Shown in pieces: positions 1-12,145 of a stretch of 64,000 nucleotides of DNA. The stretch is from Octopus sinensis (lineage: Eukaryota), in contig NC_043001.1 in NCBI RefSeq assembly GCF_006345805.1, forward strand, positions 1,984,001-2,048,000, in the 5' to 3' direction. Below the pieces are notes generated by a model, which made no database searches, was not told the DNA's origin, and saw nothing but the letters and a program-made list of their open reading frames with translations. Position numbers and translations under genes: made by a program. Numbering within the stretch: position 1 is the stretch's first letter; each line of letters begins with the position of its first letter.

Positions 1-8
1 TATTAACC

Positions 9-185
9 AGGCATAGCTGTGTAGTTAAAAAGATTGCTTCTCAACCGTAAGATTTCAGGTTCATTCACACTTTGAAGCACCTTGGGCAAGTGTCTTCTAC
101 CACAACCCTGGACCAACAAAAACCTTATGAATTGATTTGCTAGACCAGAAACTGAAAGAGACCTGTTTTGTGTGTGTGTGTATGT
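9..185 (+). mobile_element. tRNA-headed SINE family B, degenerate 5' half
   Basis: Matches the head and body of the family B copies at 34780 and 42190 (GCACCTTGGGCAAGTGTCTTCTAC...GAAACTGAAAGA). Confidence 0.75.
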
Positions 186-199
186 TTATTTAATATGCA

Positions 200-507
200 C
201 ATATCACCGTGATTGACCAAACTATGAGATGTTGCTATACACATTGCTGGTCACAATGCGCTTCGCATTGTTTTAGCCTTCAAATGATGCCACCCCACTG
301 GCTAAGCAGGCAGGTCAACAGAAGAAAGAGTGAGAGAAAGTTGTGGTGAACGAATACAGCAGGGATCGCCACCCTCCCCCTGCCGGAGCTTCATGGAGCT
401 TTAGGTGTTTTCACTCAATAAACACTCACAATGCCCAGTCTGGGAATCGAAACTGCGACCTACAACCGTGAGTCCGCTGCCCTAACCACTAGGCCATTGC
501 ACCTCCA
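200..507 (-). mobile_element. tRNA-headed SINE family D with alternative 3' tail
   Basis: Minus strand GGAGGTGCAATGGCCTAGTGGTTAGGGCAG (A box) ... GTTTCGATTCCC (B box). The body matches 39988-40297, but the 3' ~130 nt differ. Confidence 0.8.
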
Positions 508-1199
508 CAATATGCAAATATATATTGCAAAAATATTCGCATAGAAATTGCCAAAACTGTTTTAATATTTGGTTAAAGAAGTAAAATTGTCTTCTTTCTG
601 TGAAATATGTACAATCAGTTTCTAATGACTTATAACTCATCCTCGTCTACTTCTCTTCCTCTTTCTCCTCTTTCTTCTTCATCTTTTCTTTTATCTTGCT
701 TTTCTTCTTGTTTTCCTTCTGTTTCTTCTAATGACTTTGAATACTATTTTGAATATTCATAGAGCACCACAGCTTTGTAATTCCGCAGAAACCTCTTCCT
801 CTTCATAATTCCTCTCTGTCCTCATCTCCTCATCACACTCTCTAACTTCCAAAAAGGAATCTGAATTCCATTTCATTTCAGCAAAGGGAAACTTCTAGCC
901 ATTATCAAATTGCCTCATTTTGCTTTTATTTGGGATTTCATTTATTTGAATATAAGGTATGCTTAATTAATTTTATATGTCAAAACAGGAAAATAACTTA
1001 ATAAACTTGTTCACTTTCTTATTGAGGCAAACTATTCTGACTAAATTATAAAATTGCTTAATTAATAAAATGTCAGGATTAATTCTCTGATGACTTTTAA
1101 ATTATTTCATTTCAGTTTCATTTGCATATTCATCTTAACACAGATAATAACGAGTGAGAAGAATATTTGTATCCTTATATATCCGCGTGTGTATCACTC

Positions 1200-1335
1200 T
1201 CCCTATTTATGTATGTATATATATATGTGTGTGTGTGTACGTGTGTCAAAATGGATGAATGTATGTGTGAGTCTATATACATATACATAAATATATACAT
1301 ATATATACATATATATATGCATATATATACATATG

Positions 1336-1380
<45 letters not shown>

Positions 1381-1491
1381 ATAAATATATATATGCATGT
1401 GTATGTATGTACATATATATATATATATACATGTATGTATGTATATATGTATCTATACACATATGCATGTATATATGTGATTATTTCTGTG

Positions 1492-1525
<34 letters not shown>

Positions 1526-1640
1526 TTTATTCGTATATATGCAGTGAATGCTTATGTCTCTCTTTCTCTCTTGCTCTCTCCCTCTCTCTCTCTCGCTCTC
1601 GCTCGCTCTCTCTCTCCCTCTCCCCCCCTCTCTCTCTCTG
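1200..1640. repeat. Compound (TA)n/(TG)n/(TC)n microsatellite
   Basis: Directly visible dinucleotide tracts. Confidence 0.95.
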
Positions 1641-1794
1641 TAAATGTGTATGTATGTGTGCATGTTTTTGTATTTATGTATGTAAATCAATGCCTTCTAC
1701 TTAGAAGCTGACAGAGTTTGTCAAGTGTGAGAGATCAGAGAACTCCAGATGCCACTGTCTAGAATGAATAGCCTTATATATTTAGTTAATGACA

Positions 1795-2390
1795 CTGCAT
1801 CATCATCATAACCATCACCACCAACATCACCACTATCATCATCATCATGAACAATATCATCACTGTCGTCATCTATATCCTCATCATCATCATGGTCATG
1901 TTCATCATCATCAACATCATCATAAGCATCGTCATCATTATCATCGTGTCACCATCATCATCATCATCATCATCATTATCAACATCACCATCATTGTCAT
2001 TGTTATCATCATCATTATCATCAACATAATCATCATAAGCATTGTCATTGTCAACATCATCATCCTGATCGTCATCATGATCATCGTCAGCATCATAATT
2101 ATCGCAATCATCATCACACTCATCATCTTCATCATCATCATCATTACCATCACTCCCAACAAAACTCATTGTCATCGTCCTCATCATCATCATTATTGTT
2201 GTCATCCTTCTCCTCCTCCTTCTCCTCCACTTTATCATCATTGTCATCCTCATTGTCGTTGACGTCCCCTTCGTCCTCCTCTTCCCCTTCTTGATCATTA
2301 TAATTGTTGTTGTTGTCACCATTATTCTTGCCATCATCTCCGTCATCACCAGCATCGTCAAGACCAGCAACAACAGCATGGAGTCCAAGA
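1795..2390. repeat. Degenerate (CAT)n/(CCT)n trinucleotide tract
   Basis: Directly visible; gives poly-His/Ile/Asp pseudo-ORFs. Confidence 0.9.
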
Positions 2391-2904
2391 GTGACCAACC
2401 TCCTTTTGTAATTGTCCATCTCTGCCCGAAACACCATCGTCAAATCTGCCTCAGATCAAGCCTCACCATTGCTCTTTTAACCTCCATCTCTCTATATATT
2501 AGGAATTTGAGAGACCTGAAGTGTTGCAAAGGACTATACCAATCCATATCATCTCATCAATGACATCTAATGATACATCTTCCTCAATTCTTCATCTTCT
2601 TCAGATACATCATTCACATTTCTCCCCTCTAATGCAAAATTACTCTTGGTCATAAATCTTCAGCACTGTTTCTGGACATAAGCCTTATATCTGGCAGTTG
2701 CCATTGTATTCGATGCTTATTGAGGGAGAAACACACTTTCACCATTGTTCTTTTATCTTTAGAGAAAAATGTTGTATTTTTCTGTGTAGCAATTGTGTCA
2801 TTTTTACATCTTTTATTCATGTGTGTCTGTAAATGTTTCTCAATATAAGTTTCAACATATATCTGTATGTGTGTGTGTAGATATATGTCTATTTATTATA
2901 CACA

Positions 2905-3716
2905 TCTATATATATAAAACTCAACTTGTGTGTCTGTGTGTTTAACTTCCTGGCACATTTTCTCCTAGCCAACAAATTGTAGAACCACCAAAAATGGGTC
3001 ACTTAAAGTTTAGGCGAATGAAAATTGAACTGCGCTATTTCTGTTCTGAAATTCATCTCACAAGTGCAAAAATTGATAATGTGTTTATTTGGGCCTTATC
3101 CCATGCATTGAATAGTGAACTTTACTCAGTCAGCTGTTTGATGTGAACTGTGTTCACCACGCGTGCAAGCATACATAAATTGCATGAAAAATGAAAAATC
3201 AAGATATAAAAACGAATCGCCGTAAACATTGTAGAAATTCGGCAAAGAAATGAATTTTCGGGATGTAGCCTGGAGGGTTTTTTCATATTAATTGCTTGGA
3301 CTTTGTGAACACATACCAATTGTTTTCATAACATTTTTAATGCTTTGAATTAAATGTGACCATTTTGCATTGAGTCTGCAGTTTGAATCACTTTAACCAA
3401 GTTTTAGCAGGCCGGATTTTTGATCATCACGATAATTCGCCAGCAACTCCCTGAAACTCTCCCCTGAAATCCCCGTTGAGGAATACTGATCTAAAAGAAT
3501 AATTCAACAATGCAATTATTTGATCAACAAAAATTTATGAAGCGCTTCTATGTACTTCCTATTGAGGAAATGGAACACATAAGCGCAAAAATAGAGGGCA
3601 TTAAATGCTTGATTTTAAAACCAAAATAATTGAATTTTGATTGAACTTCATCCAAGTTTAGCTTAATTCGCGCATGCATCGAACGCACGAGCGCACAAGC
3701 CGGGCAATACTGCTAG
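2905..3716 (+). mobile_element. Non-autonomous Helitron-like element (~812 bp)
   Basis: Starts TC (TCTATATATATAAAACTCAA) after A2904 and ends CTAG (3713-3716) before T3717. An imperfect GC-rich hairpin (GCACGAGCGCACAAGCCGGGC) lies 7 nt upstream of CTAG. A|T insertion with no TSD is the Helitron signature. Confidence 0.7.
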
Positions 3717-3792
3717 TATGTGAATAAATATAATTTTATGTAAATCAACTTATTTCTGGGCGTGGTTTCTCACCCACAAATTGATCACATTA

Positions 3793-3830
<38 letters not shown>

Positions 3831-3832
<2 letters not shown>

Positions 3833-4152
3833 GTCTGGCCCCGTGTCGGTGGCACGTAAAAGCACCATCCGTTCATGTCCGTTGCCAGCATCGCCTGGCC
3901 CCGTGCCGGTGACACGTAAAAGCACCATCCGTTCGTGGCCGTTCGCCAGCTATGTCTGGCACCTGTGCAGGTGGCATGTAAAAAACACCCACTACACTCG
4001 CGGAGTGGTTGGCGTTAGGAAGGGCATCCAGCCGTAGAAACACTGCCAGATCTGACTGGGCCTGACGAAGCCTTCCAGCTTCACAGACCCCAGTTGACCC
4101 GTCCAACCCATGCTAGCATGGAAAGCGGACGCTAAATGATGATGATGATGAT
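3831..4152 (+). mobile_element. RTE LINE 3' UTR fragment with (ATG)n tail
   Basis: Near-identical to the 3' end of the LINE at 31482-33020 (CCAACCCATGCTAGCATGGAAAGCGGACGCTAAATGATGATG). Confidence 0.9.
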
Positions 4153-4721
4153 ATATTTTTGAATGTAGCCAATTCTATGTATTTAAATACTGTCCAAAAT
4201 ATGCATACGGCTCAATTTATTGGTCCCGGCAAAGCCATAGAATGTTGCATAATTACCCAGCTCTAATTGCACTGCTCCTTAGAGTAGAAACAGCTGTAAA
4301 GTAATGAGTAATTAATACCGAGAAGTCTGAAAGTTCTTTTCAGTAGAATAAAACTTTGTTACCCTTTTGGAACACAAAACTTTCATGCTGATGGAAATCC
4401 GTATCTCATTTTTATTCAGCTTGCCAACTAAACACCACATTGATGACTTTTCGCTTTTTATCATTATCAGGAAGCAACCTATGTTTGATGCAACGAGATG
4501 TGCATCGTGGCTGCTGATAAAGTTAACAAGCACAGTTCTAGATCCAACGCTGGTTGACCTCCACCTGCTCTTTTGATGTTTTTAACATCCCACATCTGCA
4601 AGGGACGAAGACTGTGGTTTAGGAAGCTTCAACATTTATTCACTTGAAGTATGCATACAGATCCCTAATTATGAATGGATCTTATTTTCATCACTAACAA
4701 TCCTTTCTCCTAAAGGGATAA

Positions 4722-4891
4722 GGCCTGAAATTTGGTGGAGGGGGAGAGTTGATTACATCGACCCTTGCATTTAATTTATAGGCCCTCAAAGAATAAAAGT
4801 CAAAGTTGACTGTGACGGAATTTGAACTCAGAATGTAGTGATGGGTGAAATACTGCTAAGCATTTCGTCCAGCATACTAACGGTTCTGCAA
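4722..4891 (-). mobile_element. tRNA-headed SINE family A, degenerate
   Basis: Reverse complement of the family A motif TTCTGAGTTCAAATTCC...GTCAACTTTG. Confidence 0.8.
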
Positions 4892-4936
4892 GCTTACTGC
4901 CCTACTTCTGTCACTAATGAATATACATGTGTGTGT

Positions 4937-4973
<37 letters not shown>

Positions 4974-5411
4974 AAGCGTGCATGTGTGTGTGCAAGCATG
5001 TATGTATGTGTGCACTCATTTGTGTGTATGTATATATACACAGGCACACATACACACACATATATACTTATATATATATATATATATATATACATATATA
5101 ATTAGTGTACATTTAAACACAAAAGAGGTGAGCCTTAATAGGTAGCATTACATGCTAGAAAGAGCAGTCAAAATGACCAAAACCACATTTAAAAGAAATT
5201 TCGAAGGGAATGAAAATTAAAAAATTTACTTTGTTTTTTTTACAGTCATACCTAGGTTTCAAACTCTAATTAGCAATTAAAATAATTAAATAATTTGCTA
5301 CCTCATTAATGTCTGGTTAAGATATTTCACAATAACATTGTTCAATTAAATGGAGTTGCATGAACCAATCGTACTGCATTACCTCTGGATTTTCTTGTTG
5401 CTTATTTTGAT

Positions 5412-5506
<95 letters not shown>

Positions 5507-5837
5507 TTAGGGAGTAAAACTCCAAACTTACAGGGAAAAATTCAATTTAGTATAAATTTATTTAACTATTATCATTAACCTGAAGATTGACTATAATTTT
5601 TAATCGAATTTATTTCAATTGAATTTAAACTTAATTGTAATTCAAATTTAATTGTAGCCATGAAACATACGTAGTGTCTACACATATATTATATTTTTAT
5701 CACATTCATTTTATACTTTTTGAGATCTAGTTATAAAAAAAAAATTATTTATATATATATATATTGGTTATTTATGTATTGGTTTATGCCTATCACTGTT
5801 TGAGTTGCATAATAGTGGTTTTATCTCTAATTTATAT

Positions 5838-5872
<35 letters not shown>

Positions 5873-6399
5873 ATATGTATATATGTATATACATATATAC
5901 TTGAATATACCTGCACACACATACCTATACACACACACACATCAAGATATTTTGTCAGGATAATCAGTGCTGTGTGGTTAAGGAGATCAGAAAGACAACA
6001 GATTAAGAAAAGAGATCCTTAACATACAACAGTTCAAACATCTTTTCATACATGCTATGCTGAACTTTAGTTACGTGGTATTTTCTATCCACGTATTCAA
6101 TCTTTGTTGAACTTTGGTCATTGTGAATTATTCATATCCTAACACTGGCAACACCAACAAGATTTAAAACGATACTTACTGAGCCTGACCTCATTAATGT
6201 CTGCTTAAGATATTTCACAATAACATCTAAGACGAAGAAATTATAAAACAGTGATGGTCATGGTGATGCGAAGGTGATAAGTGTTATTTCAATCAAAGGC
6301 TAAGAGTGAAGATATGATGCTGATGTTATTAGTAATAGATCAGAAGTAGATGAAAGACTATTTTTCACTAAAATGTGTGGCCAATAATGAATGAAATGA

Positions 6400-9300
6400 A
6401 AGGAATTGATCAGATTTATATCAAAATTCCTCTGGGCTTTTTAAAAAATGTTGTTGCATCATCTTTGTGATGGGTCTCCCTGTTTTGTAAGTTTGAATAA
6501 GCATAGTCAAAGTGACCAAAATATTGGAGATGATTTAATTCTAGCCTGGCTCATTGAGGACACACATCATCCATTCTATATATCAAAAATGTTGGAACAA
6601 TTGCAGTTAAGGAATATCTCACTTGAAGCATGTGTGAACTTCCTTCTACACAACACAATGTCACCTTTTAACAGTTGATATTCCTTTCTAAGTAGTGCCA
6701 AGTATTGCTGATGTGTATCACCTGCTCAAATAAGAAAATTTTGTAAAAGCAAATTCTATATTTACAATTACGCATTTATTACTAGATAGAAATGTTTTTT
6801 ATTTAGAAAAATATGCAAATTGTGCAGCAAAAGCAATCAATTTTCATGTTTGTGGCATTAAAAATAAAAACGTGGAATGAATTGGACAAATTAATAATGA
6901 AACCTGATGCAAAGAGAAAAGTATTTTCACTGGAGAGCAAAATGGAAACGCCCTTCCTTCCACCAAATTTATCTGAGTAATGTCACTGTGGATATGAAAG
7001 TGAATTGTAGTAAAGACATGATCTTAATTCCCAGAAACTTCCAGGTAATCACTGCTAAACTCTTACTCAAAAGTCATCAACAATTTCACAAGTTTGAAGG
7101 ATTGATGGTAAAAGCCTTGGACTTTTTTGGGGAGACACACAAAGTGAAATTGTATTTGTAGTAGTCCAAGTAATGGTCAGTCCTATTGAAACTAATAAAC
7201 TGTAAAGTGACCGTACAAGATCAATCGATAATATTGTGCCTGATGTTGAAGGCATGATGACATTCGTCATATTTAGAACATCGAAACCTAACAATTCATA
7301 TTGGTGAACCTCTTGTAGTTGAAAACATTAAAAAAAGAACAGAAATTTATGTATTTATGATGATTATTAGGCAGGCAATAATCAAATAATTTATTTGAGC
7401 TCAAGACCAACCCCTAATAATTAGTCTGCTGTTCACTCCTTAACTGGAATGAGATCTTATGTAAATTTCTTTCTCTGAACTTTTTACCAAATCTCAACAG
7501 GTTCCATCTTCAAGAAACCATTACCATTAATGCCCTGATTAATTTGGTTGTGAATTTGTGAAGGACACAAACGTCTGATGACATGAAAAACTGAACATGC
7601 CATTTTCAATGTGTGATAGCAACTAGCTTGAAAGGAGATATAAAAAGTCTATCAGAATTACATATATCTGGATGCAACCAGCCAGGGAAGATTAAACTTG
7701 AAGAATAAGGTTATATTGATCGAGATGTAAGCTTGATTATTCAATAGAGAAGAAATATAAATAAAAAGATTTCAATGGAAGTTGATTTTTCCAGATCAAG
7801 GTTTGGTCCAGAAAATATTTGACATTTCTCTGCATTCTAATGAGAAAGAATTGGAATTTCCTTTAGCAGTTGTAAATGTTTGAGGCTGATATTTGACAAA
7901 CTCTTTGTAAAATTGTATGAGAAAAATGTGAAGTATGCTTCGAGCAATGTTCAGCCAGAAGCAATGTCTTGAATTAAAAAAAGTGCCACTTGCGAAAACA
8001 TCGGATGTCAACAAAAAGCACCGTTGATAACTGAGGTTGGGGAACAAAGTATTGTCAGCAATTTTATTGCATAACTCATCCATCATTATGAAGATGGTTA
8101 ACCATGCTGTACATTCAGACACTGAAAGGGGCTTTACCAATTGTATGAACAACAAACTGTGCATGTCATTATTTATTTGATACAAAATTCCAGCTTAGAT
8201 CCTCTCGAAGTCATCTTTAATCCACATACAGGATTTCCAAGAATTAACATCTTTGATGATATTGAAATGGGCTGTCAATTTCACGGTATTTGATTTTCAC
8301 ATCACATATATCAAAAGAAATGTTATTCTTCTCTTCGATGCCACCTCACAGCTACATTTTAGTGACTGCAAACTAAGCACTGTCTTTAGATAATGTTGAT
8401 GATCAATTCATACATTGGTGTCTTACATCACCATAATTTATTTTCTGAAACACTGCTTGATCGAGTACTAAGTAAAACCATTCCTAAAATGGCAAAAGAA
8501 TGCCCAGAGTTGCTGTTCTGCCAATGCTGAATGACACAATCATGTCTGGCCTGAATTAATACTGGAAAACTGTGTCCTTGTTTCGTTCGATTATCTCAGA
8601 AATAATAATTAAAATGGTTCATGGGGCATCACTGACTTGGTAATGACTTGGTGATTTACACAAAAGATTATTGCCAGGAATGTCCTAAATACATAGAGAA
8701 GAAAAATTTCAAATGAGGAACAAAATATGTCCATTGATAATTCCTTAAGCATTTCGAAAACGATTTTTGCTGCAATGCTCCTACATTTCAATACAAAGTT
8801 CTGTCTGTTGGAGACTAAAAAAAAAAAAAATTACCTAAATTAAAATGAGCAGGTAACTTTAAAAAATGCTTTTTCCTTTTTTGAAAAAAATCTTTAACCA
8901 TATGATGCATTTTATGTAGATATGGATTCCTAGTTTGTGGGGATCGCTTACTTTGGTGTCATTTGGGTTTCATCATAGGTAACCAATTAAGGCTTAGTTA
9001 TTACCTTTTGGAAAGTTTTCGAAGGTTCTGTGGCATAATGTCTTCTGGGATATGTGACATGTTACCAAGAGGCTTGTACATGGTAGAAATCTTCCAGTCT
9101 CCTCTCCTATACCCAACGTTGTTTCTCAACAACTATGATAACTCCATATTGTCATGTGTGCAGAATCCAAACTACTGTATTGAAACAAATGAATAGAGAA
9201 AACGTAACTGGTATTTTATGCTTTATAAAATATACACATCTTTCAAAAGGTTGACCGCTGGTTTACATAACTCGGTTGACCCAATTACGCAACAGAATGA

Positions 9301-9400
9301 AGTTGACTCATTTCCTCAGCATTATCTGAACTGCACCAACTATTTGGTATTGCACAATAAGACCAACAGGTTTATGTAATAATGGCAGTCACCTTGCTGA
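6400..9400 (+). pseudogene. Decayed, apparently intronless coding relic of unknown family
   Basis: Stop-interrupted but protein-like plus-strand frames, e.g. ...KGLYQLYEQQTVHVIIYLIQNSSLDPLEVIFNPHTGFPRINIFDDIEMGCQFHG (~8125-8290). About 3 kb free of microsatellites and SINEs. Family not recognised. Confidence 0.35.
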
Positions 9401-9700
9401 AATATGTGTATAGTGTATAAAGCATAAAATTCTGGTTATGTTTTCTGTATTCATTTGAGGCTATATTTAATTATATGTCTGTATATATATCATTATTGAT
9501 ACTACTGTTTAGCTGCAGGTCAACTCTGATTGGGTAGATCTATGACCAAAGCACTCCAGACATGATCATCCCATCTTATTTTCAATCATTACATCAAAAA
9601 TTATTAATCATATTTTACCTCAGTTTAACATCTGAGAAAGAAAATGTTATTTTTGATTGATTTCAATTTTCAGTCATTATTTTATGAAACATAAGGGGGG

Positions 9701-9908
9701 GGAGCAAGCTGGCAGAATCGTTGGCACACCGAGTGAAATGCTTAGCGGTATTTTGTCAGTTGCTACATTCTGAGTTCAAATTCCACCGAGGTTGACTTTG
9801 CCTTTCATCCTTTCGGGTTGATAAATTAAGTACCAGTAAAACACTGGGGTTGATGTAATTGACTAGTCCCCGTCCCCCCAAATTTCAGGCCATGTAGAAG
9901 GGATTATT
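9701..9908 (+). mobile_element. SINE family A
   Basis: AGCTGGCAGAATCGTT...TTCTGAGTTCAAATTCCACCGAGGTTGACTTTGCCTTTCATCC. Confidence 0.9.
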
Positions 9909-10329
9909 ACATGACACATAAAAGTTGGTTGTTTGGACTTTCAGACTTCATGAGTTTTCATAAGGTTTGTATTTCGGAATCCCTAAGAGGAATTTCCTTT
10001 TTGGATATTATATGTGATTCCACTCATTGTTAGAAATATCAAAGGATCAAAATGACCAGCCAATGTCTATGCCTGTCTGGAGACATCTACAAAATTTGGT
10101 AACATAATATAGCTGGTAATATATTTCCAGGAGTCTGAGAAAATAAGCCATGACATATAATGTCTCTTCTTTCAATGCTTTCCAAGAATTTTTGGGAAAA
10201 TATCTTATCTTGCTCATTCCTTTGACAGTTTTTGTGAATTAGAAAAGCGTCATAAGTTGTCTGTTTTTGCCCTGATTTCTTTTACACCTTCCATTGTCAA
10301 AGACAACGTCAAAGGCGTAAGTAAAATTT

Positions 10330-10673
10330 CTTTTCTCATATATATGGGGTCCATTTGTGCTGGGTTCACTACATGCTGAACTGTGTTGTTTATTCTTTTT
10401 AAAACCTGGTACTGCTTTTATCAGTCTCTTTTGCTGAACTGCTAAGTTACAAATAAACACCAGTTATCAAGCAGTGCTGGGGGACAAAAACAGACACAAA
10501 GACACACACACACAAACATGTATATATATATATATATGCGCTGGGCTTCTTTAAGTCTCCTCTATCAAATCCACTCAAAATAATTTGGTTGGCCCAAGAA
10601 GTTACATTGTAGGACTGAACCCGGAACCATGGGTTTAAGCAGCAAGCTTCTAACCACACAGCCACACTTGTGC
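10330..10673 (-). mobile_element. SINE family B, degenerate
   Basis: Reverse complement of the family B head (GTGGCTGTGTGGTTAGAAGCTTGC) and body. Confidence 0.8.
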
Positions 10674-10901
10674 CTATTAATTAAGAAATGAAATAAAAGC
10701 AGGTAACATAAAGTTAGCGAGGATGGCCTGTAATCTTAGAGATGGATGGCAGTTAGCTTGTGGTGTTTGGGAAGACACTGTGATTATTTGATTGGCATCA
10801 ATATTCTTCCATGAATTTTTACTTTTATCAATGATCTATTTCTTGTTTTTGACACTTTTGAATTTTCATTTTATTTACATCAATCAATGGGAAATCGTTT
10901 T

Positions 10902-10985
10902 TCACCGCTCACCCCACTCCCTCACCGCTCACCCCACTCCCTCACCGCTCACCCCACTCCCTCACCGCTCACCCCACTCCCTCAC
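10902..10985. repeat. 20-bp minisatellite (TCACCGCTCACCCCACTCCC) x4.2
   Basis: Perfect tandem copies. Confidence 0.95.
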
Positions 10986-11279
10986 TTGCCAAATTATTGA
11001 AGCTCTCCATCGTGTTTAAGATAATTAAGTCTACAACAGTGAGTGATTTCAACATTTCAGACATTCGTTATAAAAGAGCAACGTAACTCATCAATGTTAT
11101 GCAAACAACATCATAAAACCGTTTCTAATATCAAAGTGAAAGTCACCTGAAGCGGTTCTAAGCATGGCAAAGTATGCCAAATACATGCAGTGGCACCGTC
11201 ACAACATTAAAATAACAATCTGGGCAGAGACCGAATACATACATATAGTGTGAAGATGTTGTTAACCAGTGACAGAATC

Positions 11280-11510
11280 ATCATCACTATCATCGTTGTC
11301 ATCGTCGTCATCATCATCATCATGCCATCATCATTATCTTCATTATTTCTTATGCCATTCTTCCATGCTGGCGTGAGTTGGATGGTTTTACAAGTTCTGG
11401 TGGGCTAAAGGATTGCGTTGTCTTCCAATGTCTGCAGGATGCTCTTCGCCATGCCAACCTCTTTACAGACTGTATAATGTGGTTTTTTTGTGGCACCAGT
11501 ACTAGTGGGA
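11280..11510 (-). mobile_element. RTE 3' end fragment
   Basis: (CAT)n followed by TTCCATGCTGGCGTGAGTTGGATGG, the reverse complement of the RTE tail. Confidence 0.7.
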
Positions 11511-11831
11511 TTGCCATTTAGCTTGCAAGATTAAGATCCCTGACGACTGAGTGAGATTACAGTAGAGAGAAAACCAGCAGTTTCAAGCTTGGTTATGAGA
11601 CGTATGAAAGAAGGAGTCAGAGCAGAACCGGTTTCTGCAGAAAAGATACATGACGACTCACATTATGCAAGAATCAATATCGAAATAGAGATAGAAAAGA
11701 TGCAACTGGCAGTGATAAGGTGTTTGGGTCATCTTGAGGAAAGATGGGTGGATATGGGTTCCAGAATGTATGGGAAGAGTAAGTGGTGTTTGAGATATGG
11801 TAGGGGTGATAGAAGGGGACTGATATATAAC

Positions 11832-12036
11832 TATTTCTTTACTATCCCCACAGAGAGGACAAACAGATTAAGTCGATTATATCGACCCCAGTGCATAAAT
11901 GGTACTTATTTAATCGACCCCGAAATGATGAAAGGCAAAGTCGACCTTGGTGGAATTTGAACTCAGAACATAATGGCAGATGAAATACTGCGAAGCATTT
12001 CACCTGGCATGCTAACGTTTCTGCCAGCTCGCCGCC
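11832..12036 (-). mobile_element. SINE family A; 3' moiety of the U6-SINE chimera
   Basis: Minus strand GGCGGCGAGCTGGCAGAAACGTTAGC...TTCTGAGTTCAAATTCC...AGTAAAGAAATA. Complete head, short deletions in the tail relative to 55061-55291. Confidence 0.92.
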
Positions 12037-12088
12037 AAATAAATATGGAGCGCTTCACGAATTTGCGTGTCATCTTTGCGCAGGGGCC

Positions 12089-12121
<33 letters not shown>

Positions 12122-12145
12122 AATATGTACCGCCGTAGCTAGTAC
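12037..12145 (-). pseudogene. U6: Full-length U6 snRNA retrocopy; 5' moiety of the chimera
   Basis: Minus strand GTACTAGCTACGGCGGTACATATTCTAAAATTGGAACGATACAGAGAAGATTAGCATGGCCCCTGCGCAAAGATGACACGCAAATTCGTGAAGCGCTCCATATTTATTT. Eight differences from human U6 (as recalled) over the first 105 nt; ACAGAGA box and AGC triad intact. Confidence 0.97.

Noticed and set aside
1090-2443. Long ORFs rich in YI, HT, VC, poly-H/D/I (also 17917-18830, 24693-25413, 29061-30918, 55396-55787, 62481-63014)
   Set aside because: Translations of di-, tri- and tetranucleotide microsatellites, open in several frames on both strands.
8620-8680. HH*LGNDLVIY resembling the RapGAP KRHIGND motif
   Set aside because: Short match with a stop; surrounding sequence and motif order do not fit.
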